The translations under genes were made by a program, and so were the position numbers. From Frankiaceae bacterium (lineage in GTDB: Bacteria; Actinomycetota; Actinomycetes; BP-191): a stretch of 64,000 bases of DNA. Positions 40,858-49,794 of this stretch are shown piece after piece; the stretch's first letter is position 1, and each line of letters starts with the position of its first letter. Under the pieces are notes generated by a model. The model had not been told where the DNA came from and searched no databases. It saw only the letters and a program-made list of their open reading frames with translations. The DNA lies in contig DATMES010000022.1 of assembly GCA_035556555.1 (NCBI GenBank), forward strand, positions 7,577-71,576. The letters are read 5' to 3'.

Positions 40858-40999
40858 GTCTGCTGGAGAAGCGTTGTCCCTTGCGACGTAGCGCGCGGTG
40901 GCGCTCCGGCGCGTGGCACGACCTGGTGACGTACTCGCGGCTGCGGGGCGACTGAGCGTACGGTCTGCCGGTCACGCCCCCTACACCGGAGGAACCCCT

Positions 41000-41242
41000 A
41001 TGCGCCTGCGCCTCCTCGCGGCCGGCCTCGCCGCCGCCGCGTCGCTCGCCGTGCCTGCCGCGGCAGACCCGCTGTACTTCGAGCGCGAGTGCTCGGGGCC
41101 GGTCGACGCGGCCTGCTACCACGACTTCTGCGGGATCTACGACTGCATCAGGTCCGACTGCCTCGCGTACACCGGGCTGCTCGGCGAGGGCAACGCCGGC
41201 CTCTGCGTCGGCAAGGCGCGCCCGCGCGACCCCATCTCATAG
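41000..41242 (+). CDS. Small secreted cysteine-rich peptide (80 aa precursor; mature peptide with 6 Cys)
   Basis: GGAGGA RBS 7 nt before the ATG; signal peptide MRLRLLAAGLAAAASLAVPAAA|DPLY. Confidence 0.5.
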   Translation: MRLRLLAAGLAAAASLAVPAAADPLYFERECSGPVDAACYHDFCGIYDCIRSDCLAYTGLLGEGNAGLCVGKARPRDPIS

Positions 41243-41329
41243 GGGGCCTGTGGACGGCGGTCTCGGCGCCGTCCACAGATTGCGCCCGGCTGGTGGTCTC
41301 CGGGCTCGCGCGTCCCTAGCGTCGTACGG

Positions 41330-41770
41330 GTGGGACAGCCAGCCGGCCTCGACGTCGTCGAGGGGACCGTACGCCGCGAGCTCGACGCGCAGGAACGCCG
41401 CGTCGACGCGGCGGACTCCCACGCGCGCCTCGTCATGGCGACCGCCGGCGTCTTCGTGACCCTGGCCGACGGCGGCTGGCTACCGCTGCTGCTGACGTCG
41501 CGGCTGATGGCGGGGCTCGCCGCACTGGCGGCGTTGGTGGCCCTCGCACCCAGTACGCGCGCGGCATTCGACGCGCGCGTACTGGGCGGGTACCTCGACG
41601 CCGACCCGGCCGACGTGCGTCTGGAGCTGCTGGCCGGCGACATCCGGGCGTCCGACCGCCTGGAGGCGCGTCTGACGGTCAAGGTGGCGCGTCTGCGCCT
41701 CGCGTCCAGGCTGATCATGGCGTCGGTGGCGTTCGCCACGCTCGCCGCTATCGTCGACGGTGTGACGTGA
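41330..41770 (+). CDS. Small membrane protein (146 aa; 2-3 TM after an N-terminal helical segment)
   Basis: GTG start; hydrophobic helices; no recognisable domain. Confidence 0.4.
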   Translation: MGQPAGLDVVEGTVRRELDAQERRVDAADSHARLVMATAGVFVTLADGGWLPLLLTSRLMAGLAALAALVALAPSTRAAFDARVLGGYLDADPADVRLELLAGDIRASDRLEARLTVKVARLRLASRLIMASVAFATLAAIVDGVT

Positions 41771-41783
41771 CGGGAGGTACCCC

Positions 41784-42017
41784 GTGAAGTGTGTGTGCGA
41801 CGAGGACGGGAAGTTCGACTTCGACCTGATCGAGCCCCTCCGCGGGGTGCGGTACCTCCTCGGGGAGAAGCAGCAGTGGCTCCGCATGCAGGACGAGATG
41901 ATCGCCCGCATCCGCGCCAGGAGAGCCGAGATCGCGGCCAACAGGCGGGTGCCGTGCACGTGCGAGGCGAACTTCCGCCTCCTGTCGACCGGCACGCGCG
42001 AGCGGCCGGCCTCCTAG
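41784..42017 (+). CDS. Small protein with two CxC pairs (77 aa; possible zinc ribbon)
   Basis: GGGAGG RBS before the GTG; KCVCD...PCTCE. Confidence 0.45.
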   Translation: MKCVCDEDGKFDFDLIEPLRGVRYLLGEKQQWLRMQDEMIARIRARRAEIAANRRVPCTCEANFRLLSTGTRERPAS

Positions 42018-43457
42018 CTACGACCAGGCGATGAACGCCGCCGGGTCGGCCAGGCAGCGCGCCACGTCCGCGAGGAACTGCGACCCGAGCTGGCCGTCCA
42101 CCATCCGGTGGTCGAACGACAGCGCCAGCTGCGTCACCTGCCGGATCGCGATCTGCCCCTCGTGCACCCACGGCATCTCGCGGACGGCGCCGAAGCAGAG
42201 GATCGCCGCCTCGCCGGGGTTGATGATCGGCGTGCCGTTGTCGACGCCGAACACCCCGACGTTCGTGATCGTGATCGTCCCGCCGGTGAGGTCGGCCGGC
42301 GGCGTCTTGCCCTCGCGGGCGACGGCGGTGAGGTCGTTGAGCGCGCCGACCAGCTCGGGCAGCGACAGGGCGTCGGCGTCCTTGATGTTCGGGACCATGA
42401 GGCCGCGCGGGGTGGCGGCGGCGATGCCGAGGTTGACGTAGTTCTTGACGACGATCTCCTGCGCCGCCTCGTCCCACGACGCGTTGATCTCGGGGTTGCG
42501 CTTGACGGCGAGCAGCAGCGCGCGGGCGACGAGGGCGAGCGGCGTGATCTTCAGCCCGTCGAACTCCGGCAGCGCGCCGAGCGACTTCCGCAGCTCCATC
42601 ATCGGCGTCACGTCGACGGTGATGAACTCCGTGACGTGCGGCGCCGTGAACGCCGACTCCACCATCGCCGCCGCGGTCAGCTTGCGGACGCCCTTGATCG
42701 GCACCCGCGTCTCGCGCTCGCCCGAACGGACGGGCCGCGCGGCGCGTGCCGGGGCCTCGGACGGAGCGCCGTTGGACGACACCGCGGCCTGGACGTCGTC
42801 ACGGGTGATGACGCCGTCGGGGCCGGTGCCGTGCAGCAGCGCGAGGTCGACGCCGAGGTCCTTGGCGAGCTTGCGGACGGGCGGCTTCGCCTTGGCGCGG
42901 CCACCCGCGGGGGCTACGACGGCCGCGTGCTCGGCGACGGTCGCGGCGGACACCCGCGCGGGCGGGGTCGGCTTCGACGGCGTCGTGGGCGCGGCGGGGG
43001 CGCGGCGGGGGCGGCGTTCGGCGGTCGTCTCCTTGATGCCGTAGCCGACGAGGACGGCGGTACGGCCGGTGGACGTCTTGCCGCCGATCTTGCCCTCCTC
43101 GACCTCGTCCTCGGCGGGCGGTGCGCCGGCGGCGCCGGACAGCTCGGCCTGGACGGCGGCCCTGGCCTCGGAGACCGGGTCGGCGGACTCCGCGGGCAGG
43201 TCGCCGGCAGAAGGGTCGGTGTCGACGGCGATGATCGGCTGGCCGACGTCGACCGTCGTGCCCTCCTCGTAGAACAGCTTGGTCACGACACCGGTGAACG
43301 GGCACGGCACCTCGACGGCCGCCTTCGCCGTCTCGACCTCGACGATCGGCTGGCCGTCCTTGACCTCGTCGCCGGGGGCGACGAGCCACTTGAGGATCTC
43401 GCCCTCGGTGAGCCCCTCGCCGAGGTCGGGGAGCTTGAACTCGCGGATACGAGACAT
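42018..43457 (-). CDS. bkdC: Dihydrolipoamide acyltransferase, E2 of the branched-chain/pyruvate 2-oxoacid dehydrogenase complex
   Basis: N-terminal lipoyl domain (EVETAKAAVEVP), E3-binding domain, and C-terminal catalytic DHRMVDG. Confidence 0.9.
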   Translation of the reverse strand: MSRIREFKLPDLGEGLTEGEILKWLVAPGDEVKDGQPIVEVETAKAAVEVPCPFTGVVTKLFYEEGTTVDVGQPIIAVDTDPSAGDLPAESADPVSEARAAVQAELSGAAGAPPAEDEVEEGKIGGKTSTGRTAVLVGYGIKETTAERRPRRAPAAPTTPSKPTPPARVSAATVAEHAAVVAPAGGRAKAKPPVRKLAKDLGVDLALLHGTGPDGVITRDDVQAAVSSNGAPSEAPARAARPVRSGERETRVPIKGVRKLTAAAMVESAFTAPHVTEFITVDVTPMMELRKSLGALPEFDGLKITPLALVARALLLAVKRNPEINASWDEAAQEIVVKNYVNLGIAAATPRGLMVPNIKDADALSLPELVGALNDLTAVAREGKTPPADLTGGTITITNVGVFGVDNGTPIINPGEAAILCFGAVREMPWVHEGQIAIRQVTQLALSFDHRMVDGQLGSQFLADVARCLADPAAFIAWS

Positions 43458-43468
43458 GAGCGGGCTCC

Positions 43469-44446
43469 CTAGTACGAGAAGGTCTTGTCGACGGCGTCGA
43501 GCAGCCGGTCCAGGTCGGGGAGGTACTCCTCCTCGAGCCTGCTCGGCGGGTACGGGATGTCGAAGCCGGTGACCCGGCCGACCGGCGCCTCGAGGGCGTA
43601 GAACGCCCGCTCGGCGATCTCCGCGGCCAGCTCTGAGGCGATGGAGCCCTCGCGCGGCGCCTCGGTGACGACGACGGCGCGGCCCGTCTTCTCGACCGAC
43701 GCGAGGACCGGCGGCAGGTCGAGCGGCGACAGCGAGCGCAGGTCGATGACCTCGATCGAACGCCCGTCGGACTTCTGCGCGGCGGTCGCGGCATCGAGCG
43801 CCACGCGGACCATCGGCCCGTACGCCAGCACGGTCACGTCGCTGCCCTCCCGCACGACGCGCGAGGCGAACAGCGGGTCGGGCGTGATGGACGTGTCGAG
43901 CTCGGCCTTCTCCCAGTAGCGCCGCTTCGGCTCGAAGAAGACGACCGGGTCGTCGCACGCGACGGCCTGCTGGATCATGAAGTACGCGTCGACCGGGTTG
44001 GAGCACGCGACGACCCGCAGGCCGGCGGTGTGCGCGAAGTACGCCTCGGGCGACTCGCTGTGGTGCTCGACCGCGCCGATGCCGCCGCCGAACGGGATGC
44101 GGATCGTGATCGGCATCTTCACGTCGCCCTGCGAGCGGTAGTGCAGCTTGGCGACCTGGCTGACGATCTGGTCGAAGCCCGGGTAGACGAAGCCGTCGAA
44201 CTGGATCTCGCAGACGGGCCGGTAGCCGCGCATCGCGAGGCCTACGGCGGTGCCGATGATGCCGGACTCGGCGAGCGGCGTGTCGATGACGCGGTCCTCG
44301 CCGAAGTCCTTCTGCAGGCCGTCGGTGATGCGGAACACGCCGCCGAGCTTGCCGACGTCCTCGCCCATGACGAGGACCTTGGGGTCGTTCTCCATCGCCT
44401 TGCGCAGGCCCTCGTTGAGCGCCTTGCCGAGCGTTACCTGAGCCAT
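43469..44446 (-). CDS. bkdB: 2-oxoacid dehydrogenase E1 component, beta subunit
   Basis: Transketolase-like pyrimidine-binding and C-terminal domains. Confidence 0.95.
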   Translation of the reverse strand: MAQVTLGKALNEGLRKAMENDPKVLVMGEDVGKLGGVFRITDGLQKDFGEDRVIDTPLAESGIIGTAVGLAMRGYRPVCEIQFDGFVYPGFDQIVSQVAKLHYRSQGDVKMPITIRIPFGGGIGAVEHHSESPEAYFAHTAGLRVVACSNPVDAYFMIQQAVACDDPVVFFEPKRRYWEKAELDTSITPDPLFASRVVREGSDVTVLAYGPMVRVALDAATAAQKSDGRSIEVIDLRSLSPLDLPPVLASVEKTGRAVVVTEAPREGSIASELAAEIAERAFYALEAPVGRVTGFDIPYPPSRLEEEYLPDLDRLLDAVDKTFSY

Positions 44447-45519
44447 CAGTGACCACCCTCGAAACCCGCGATGTACGACGCGAACTCCTCACGCTGCTCC
44501 AGCAGGCGGGGCGTCGGCTCGGTGTAGACGTTGTCGAACAGCTCCATCGGCTCGGGGCTCGGCATCGACCGGCACCCCTCGCGCAGGTAGACGGCGAGGT
44601 CCTCGGCCTCCTTGTCGAGCGCCTCGAACCAGTCCTTCTCCGCGAGCTGGTTGCGGACGAGGAACGACCGCATGCGCTCGAGCGGGTCCTTGAGCTTCCA
44701 CGCCTCGAGGTCGCTGGAGAGGCGGTAGCGCGTCGGGTCGTCGGAGGTCGTGTGCGCGCCCATCCGGTACGTGAACGCCTCGATGAGCGTGGGGCCGTTG
44801 CCCTCGCGCGCGTAGTCGAGGGCCGAACGCGTCACCGCGAGCGTCGCGAGGACGTCGTTGCCGTCGACACGGACCCCAGGAAAACCGAAGCCCTGCGCGC
44901 GGCGGTACAGCGGGATGCGGGTCTGGCGCTCCAGCGGCTCGGAGATGGCCCACTGGTTGTTCTGGCAGAAGAAGACGATCGGCGCGTTGAAGACCGCCGA
45001 CCAGACGAACGCCTCGTTGACGTCGCCCTGGCTCGACGCGCCGTCGCCGAAGTACGCGATGACGGCCTGGTCGCCGCCGTCCTTCGCGATGCCCATGGCG
45101 TAGCCGGTGGCGTGCAGCGTCTGGGAGCCGATGACGATCGTGTAGAGCGCGAAGTTCTTCTCGTTGGGGTCCCAGCCGCCGTGCGAGGCGCCGCGGAACA
45201 GCGCCAGCAGCTTGAGCGGGTCGACGTCGCGGGTCAGCGCGACGCCGTGCTCGCGGTACGTCGGGAACGCGAAGTCGTCGCGCCGCAGCGCCCGGCCCGA
45301 GCCGACCTGCGCGGCCTCCTGGCCGAGCAGCGAGGCCCAGATGCCGAGCTCGCCCTGCCGCTGCAGGGCCGTCGCCTCGACGTCGATGCGGCGGGTCAGG
45401 ACGAGGTCGCGGTAGAGCCCGCGGTACTCCTCGTCGCTGAGCGAGATGTCGTACTCGGGGTGGCTGACGCGCTCACCCTCGGGCGTGAGCAGCTGTACGA
45501 GCTCCGCGCCGTCGTCCAT
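44446..45519 (-). CDS. bkdA: 2-oxoacid dehydrogenase E1 component, alpha subunit
   Basis: TPP-binding motif YFGDGASSQGDVNE; ATGA overlap with E1-beta. Confidence 0.95.
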   Translation of the reverse strand: MDDGAELVQLLTPEGERVSHPEYDISLSDEEYRGLYRDLVLTRRIDVEATALQRQGELGIWASLLGQEAAQVGSGRALRRDDFAFPTYREHGVALTRDVDPLKLLALFRGASHGGWDPNEKNFALYTIVIGSQTLHATGYAMGIAKDGGDQAVIAYFGDGASSQGDVNEAFVWSAVFNAPIVFFCQNNQWAISEPLERQTRIPLYRRAQGFGFPGVRVDGNDVLATLAVTRSALDYAREGNGPTLIEAFTYRMGAHTTSDDPTRYRLSSDLEAWKLKDPLERMRSFLVRNQLAEKDWFEALDKEAEDLAVYLREGCRSMPSPEPMELFDNVYTEPTPRLLEQREEFASYIAGFEGGH

Positions 45520-45736
45520 GCGTCCGTCGTCTCCTTCGCGAACGCGCCAGGTCGTACGGGTTGTCCGCGACCGGGCGCTGGGACCGCGCGGGACCGCCCC
45601 GGCCGGAGGGACGGCCGGATCGCCACGCGCGGGTGTTGCTGCGGCTCCGCGCGCGGGTCTTCGCGGCGGGAGCCGTCATTGTGACGCATGAGCCGTCGCG
45701 CGCACTAGCCGGGGCCGTCTGGCCCGGGGGCAGCCC

Positions 45737-46438
45737 CTACTTGCGGCCGGACTTGCCGCGGTTCTTCTTCGCCTTGGTCTCGGAGTACGACGGGGCGGAC
45801 GACTCGGACTCGTACGACTGGTAGCTCGTCGTCGAGTAGCCGGACGGGGTGGCCGAGGCGTCGGCGGCGCGCGGGCAGCGGGGCTTGCGGCCGGTGCCGC
45901 AGGTCGGCGCGGGGCTCGGGGCCTGCGTCGTGGACGTCGGGGCCGGCGTCGTCGGCTTCACCGTGGGCGACGGGCTCGTCGTCTTCTTCGGCGGCGCGGT
46001 GGTGGCCGGCGCCTTGGTGGGGGCCTTGGTCGCGGTGGGCTGCGTGCCGGGGTTGCTGACGGACGTCGTGGACGTACGGACCGGGTCGGGCGTGCGGGCG
46101 TTCGTCGTCTCGTCCGGGCCCTGCGTCGGCGCGTCGGTGGGCGCGGACGAGCCGGGGCCGGAGGTCGGGCGGACGGACGCGGGCGCGTCCGTGGCGGGGT
46201 TCTCGGTGACCTGGACGTTGCGCGACTCCTGGTCGTCGCCGCCGAACGTCGACGGGATGACGGACTCGGGCAGCGTCTGGAATCCGACGACGACGAGCAG
46301 CCCGGTCGCGGCGGTCGCGAGCATGACCATGAACACGCTGGACAGCAGCGGACCACGCTGCGCCTTCTTGCTGGTCACCGTGGCCACCTCCCCGGAAGGG
46401 CTCTCGGTGCGGATGCTTTCCGCAGTTCTCTTCGGCAC
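45737..46438 (-). CDS. Membrane-anchored Pro/Thr/Ser-rich low-complexity protein (233 aa)
   Basis: Single TM helix (LLSSVFMVMLATAATGLLVVV) followed by a PT-rich repeat region. Confidence 0.45.
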   Translation of the reverse strand: MPKRTAESIRTESPSGEVATVTSKKAQRGPLLSSVFMVMLATAATGLLVVVGFQTLPESVIPSTFGGDDQESRNVQVTENPATDAPASVRPTSGPGSSAPTDAPTQGPDETTNARTPDPVRTSTTSVSNPGTQPTATKAPTKAPATTAPPKKTTSPSPTVKPTTPAPTSTTQAPSPAPTCGTGRKPRCPRAADASATPSGYSTTSYQSYESESSAPSYSETKAKKNRGKSGRK

Positions 46439-46526
46439 GTTCTTCCACTGACTGTACCCGCGTAGTCACGCTGTGTCACTAACAGTAGCACGTCGGGACG
46501 AACTGGACACGGGCCCTACGGCAGGG

Positions 46527-46748
46527 TCAGAGGTTGTAGCCCTCGGCGACGAACGTCGCCACGGCCCACGTCGTCGCGACGAAGCCCACGACGACCAGCG
46601 CGACGAGCCGGCCCTGGGACGGCGTCCGGGCGGCCCCGGCGGGCGGGCCCTCGCGGCGCAGGCGCACCAGCGCGAGGCCGTACGCCACGACCATCGCCAG
46701 CCCGATGGCCGCGATGAACTCGATGAGGATGACCGGGAGCGGGATCAC
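46527..46748 (-). CDS. Small 2-TM membrane protein (73 aa)
   Basis: GTG start; two hydrophobic helices; a weak call. Confidence 0.3.
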   Translation of the reverse strand: MIPLPVILIEFIAAIGLAMVVAYGLALVRLRREGPPAGAARTPSQGRLVALVVVGFVATTWAVATFVAEGYNL

Positions 46749-46815
46749 GCCGTCGATCGTGCCATGTGACGCGGGTCACGCCCGTCCAGCGTAGAAACCG
46801 ACCGGTCGGTCTGAT

Positions 46816-47418
46816 ATGGTGCCGGACGTGGCCAAGGGAGCGCAGACCCGCGAGCGGATCGTCGAGCTGGCGGCGGGCGTGTTCAGCGAGCGGGGGTTCT
46901 TCGGGACCTCGATGACGGACCTGCTCGCGGTCACCGGCCTGCAGAAGGGCGGCCTCTACAACCACTTCGCCGGCAAGGAGCAGCTCGCGCTGGAGTCGTT
47001 CGACTGGTCGGTGGGGCTGGTCGAGGCGCGGTACGCCGCGGCGCTCGACGGCGTCGACGGCAGCGTCGACAGGCTGCTCGCCATCGTCGACGTCATCCGC
47101 GGCCTCTGCGCGGACCGCGCGCTGCCCGGCGGCTGCCCGATCCTCACCACGGCGATCGAGGCCGACGACACGATGCCCGCGCTGCGCGACCGGGCCCGCG
47201 AGGCCATGACCCGCTGGCAGCGGCTCATCGGCGGCACCGTCAAGGCCGGCGTCGCGCGCGGCGAGCTGCGGCCGGACGCCGACCCGTACGAGGTCGCCAC
47301 GATCGTCACCGCGACGCTCGAGGGCGCGGTGTTCCTCTCGAAGCTGTACGACGACGACGTGCACATGCTGCGCGCCGTCGACCACGTTGCCGCCTACGTA
47401 CGGGGACTGACCCGATGA
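46816..47418 (+). CDS. TetR/AcrR family transcriptional regulator
   Basis: N-terminal HTH region FGTSMTDLLAVTGLQKGGLYNHF. Confidence 0.85.
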   Translation: MVPDVAKGAQTRERIVELAAGVFSERGFFGTSMTDLLAVTGLQKGGLYNHFAGKEQLALESFDWSVGLVEARYAAALDGVDGSVDRLLAIVDVIRGLCADRALPGGCPILTTAIEADDTMPALRDRAREAMTRWQRLIGGTVKAGVARGELRPDADPYEVATIVTATLEGAVFLSKLYDDDVHMLRAVDHVAAYVRGLTR

Positions 47419-47912
47419 CCACCATGACGACGACCGCGCCCGCGCTGCGGATCCTCCAGCCGAGCGACGACGTACGGCTCGAGCGCCTGTTCTACCGGCT
47501 CTCTCCGGAGTCGGTGTACCGGCGGTTCTTCACGCTCTACACGACCCCGCCGTGCGGGGTCCTGCGCAGGCTGACCGAGCTCGACCACGACTCCCGCGAC
47601 GCCATGGTGGCGGTCGTGGACGACGAGATCGTGGCCGTCGCGCGGTACGGCGCCGTCGGCCCGCACGAGGCCGAGGTCGCCGTGCTCGTGGAGGACGCGT
47701 GGCAGGGGCACGGCCTCGGCCCGCGGCTGCTCACCTGCATCGCGGCGCTGGCCCGCGTGCACGGCTACACGACGCTGACGGCGACCGTTCTCTCCGAGAA
47801 CCGCCCCGCCATCGCCATGCTCCGCGCCGTCTTCCCCGACGGGGAGTGGACCCCCGACGGCACCGAGTACGCGTGGCGCGTCGCGCTCGCGCCCGAGAGG
47901 AAGACAGCATGA
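47415..47912 (+). CDS. GNAT family N-acetyltransferase
   Basis: Acetyl-CoA-binding motif WQGHGLGPRLL; overlaps the TetR stop. Confidence 0.8.
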   Translation: MTTMTTTAPALRILQPSDDVRLERLFYRLSPESVYRRFFTLYTTPPCGVLRRLTELDHDSRDAMVAVVDDEIVAVARYGAVGPHEAEVAVLVEDAWQGHGLGPRLLTCIAALARVHGYTTLTATVLSENRPAIAMLRAVFPDGEWTPDGTEYAWRVALAPERKTA

Positions 47913-48358
47913 CCATCGACTACGCCGCGCTGCCGCAGCTGTTCGCGGCGGCGGTGCCGTTCGCGGGGTTCCTCGGGATCACGTACGACGCGGTCTCACC
48001 CGGCTCGGCCGTGCTGCGGCTCGCCGACGACCCGGCCAAGCACAACCACATCGGGACGCTGCACGCGGGGGCGCTGTTCTCGCTGGCGGAGTCGGCGTCG
48101 GGGCTCTGCATGATGGCGACCGTCGCCGAACGCCTCGCCGGCGTGACGCCGCTCGCGGCCCGGGCGGAGATCACGTACAGGAAGGTCGCGCGCGGGGACG
48201 TCACCGCGACCGCGAGGGTCGACGCGCCGGTCGAGGAGATCCTCGCGACGCTCGACTCCGCCGGGAAGGTCCGTTTCGCCGTCGAGGTCGAGCTGGCCGA
48301 CAGCAGCGGCGAGGTCTGCGCGGAGGTCACCGTGGACTGGCACCTCAGGCGCGCCTGA
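47909..48358 (+). CDS. Hotdog-fold (PaaI-like) thioesterase
   Basis: ATGA overlap with the GNAT stop; HNHIGTLHAGALFSLAESA motif. Confidence 0.7.
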   Translation: MTIDYAALPQLFAAAVPFAGFLGITYDAVSPGSAVLRLADDPAKHNHIGTLHAGALFSLAESASGLCMMATVAERLAGVTPLAARAEITYRKVARGDVTATARVDAPVEEILATLDSAGKVRFAVEVELADSSGEVCAEVTVDWHLRRA

Positions 48359-48445
48359 CGTTCACCCCTTCGGGACTTTGGTACGTCCGCACGTCACCCG
48401 AACGGGGTAACCCGCGACCCCGTCTCAGCCACGATCCTTGCCGGT

Positions 48446-48868
48446 ATGGACGACGTGCGTACTCGCGACGAGGGCTTCTCGCTGGTGGAGCTGCTCGTGG
48501 TCATGGTGATCATCGGCATTCTCAGCGGCATCGCGATCCCCGCGCTGGCCGCGCAGACCAAGAAGGCGAAGATCGCCGCGCTGAAGTCGCAGCTCAAGGC
48601 CGCCGCGCTCGCGCAGGAGGAACGCCTCACCGACGGGCTGCCGTACGCCGTCCCTGGTCCGGTCGGCCTCGCGCACCTCGCCGAGCAGGGCTTCGTGCTC
48701 AGCAGCGGTGTCGTCATGACGATCGTCGACGACGACATGGTCGCCGGCGGCCGCGGCTTCTGCCTCCGCGCGCACCACGAGACGCTGACCGCCGCCGACG
48801 ACTGGTACTACGCGAGCACCGGCCCGAACGCAGGCCGACCCACCGCGACCGCCTGCGTGGCGTCGTAG
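48446..48868 (+). CDS. Type IV pilin-like protein (prepilin-type N-terminal cleavage/methylation domain)
   Basis: Class III leader MDDVRTRDEG|FSLVELLVVMVIIGILSGIA, with Glu at +5. Confidence 0.75.
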   Translation: MDDVRTRDEGFSLVELLVVMVIIGILSGIAIPALAAQTKKAKIAALKSQLKAAALAQEERLTDGLPYAVPGPVGLAHLAEQGFVLSSGVVMTIVDDDMVAGGRGFCLRAHHETLTAADDWYYASTGPNAGRPTATACVAS

Positions 48869-48869
48869 C

Positions 48870-49529
48870 TCAGAACAGCCGCAGGCCGCTCGGCTCGTAG
48901 CCGCGCAGCTCGTCGTAGTCCACCGTCACGCAGCTCAAGCCCCTGTCGGCCGCGAGCACCTTCGCTTGCGGCTTGATCTCCTGCGCCGCGAAGACGCCCC
49001 GCACCGGCGCGAGCAACGGGTCGCGGCCCAGCAGCTCGACGTAGCGCGTCAGCTGCTCCACCCCGTCGATCTCGCCGCGCCGCTTCACCTCGACCGCGAC
49101 GCAACCGCCCTCGGGGTCCCGGAACAGGATGTCGACGGGCCCGATCGCGGTCGGGTACTCGCGGCGTACGAGCGTCAGGCCCTCGCCGAAGCACTCCGGG
49201 TGGTCGGCCAGCAGCTCCTGCAGGTGCGCCTCGACGCCGTCCTTGACCAGCCCCGGGTCGAGCCCGAGCTCGTGGGTGAGGTCGTGCAGCACCTCCTCGA
49301 TGGAGATGACGAGCTGCTCGCCGGTCTTGTTGGTCACCCGCCAGACTCCGGGCGCCTCCTCGAGGAAGCACGGCGGGCTCATCCAGTTCAGCGGCTTGTA
49401 CGCCCTGTCGTCGGCGTGCACCGACACGCTGCCGTCGGCCTTGACCAGCAGCAGGCGGGTGGCCGTGGGCAGGTGCGCGGTCAGCCGGCCGACGTAGTCG
49501 ACCGAGCACTTCGCGATGACGAGCCGCAC
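48870..49529 (-). CDS. nucS: Endonuclease NucS (EndoMS mismatch-specific endonuclease)
   Basis: Colinear NucS, including the catalytic region DILFRD...VEVKRRGE. Confidence 0.9.
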   Translation of the reverse strand: MRLVIAKCSVDYVGRLTAHLPTATRLLLVKADGSVSVHADDRAYKPLNWMSPPCFLEEAPGVWRVTNKTGEQLVISIEEVLHDLTHELGLDPGLVKDGVEAHLQELLADHPECFGEGLTLVRREYPTAIGPVDILFRDPEGGCVAVEVKRRGEIDGVEQLTRYVELLGRDPLLAPVRGVFAAQEIKPQAKVLAADRGLSCVTVDYDELRGYEPSGLRLF

Positions 49530-49623
49530 GCCCGGACGATACTTCCCCCTTGCCGTCCGCGAGGCAGCGGGCCCTCGGCCGTTCCTCGATGTGTCAGGTC
49601 ACCCCTACGCCGAGGGGTCACTC

Positions 49624-49785
49624 ATGAGCAAGGTTCTCCTCGCTGGTGTCGTCGCCGCGCTGGCCCTCGTGCCGGCGTCCGCGCACGCCGACCCCCTCCC
49701 CGCCGCGTGCGTCGTCGTGACGCCGGCGCACGTCCAGGCCGGCTACGCGCCGAACGGGCCGAGCGACTGCGTCGTCCTGGCGTAG
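49624..49785 (+). CDS. Small secreted peptide (53 aa precursor; 31-aa mature peptide with 2 Cys)
   Basis: GAGGGG RBS; signal peptide MSKVLLAGVVAALALVPASAHA|DPLP; high GC3. Confidence 0.4.
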   Translation: MSKVLLAGVVAALALVPASAHADPLPAACVVVTPAHVQAGYAPNGPSDCVVLA

Positions 49786-49794
49786 CAGCGCGCC

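Noticed and set aside
41330-41770. SLATT-like (defense-associated 2-TM) assignment for the 146-aa membrane protein
   Set aside because: It has only a generic resemblance, an N-terminal helix plus two TM helices. There is no adjacent nucleotidyltransferase or effector gene and no sequence motif to support the assignment.
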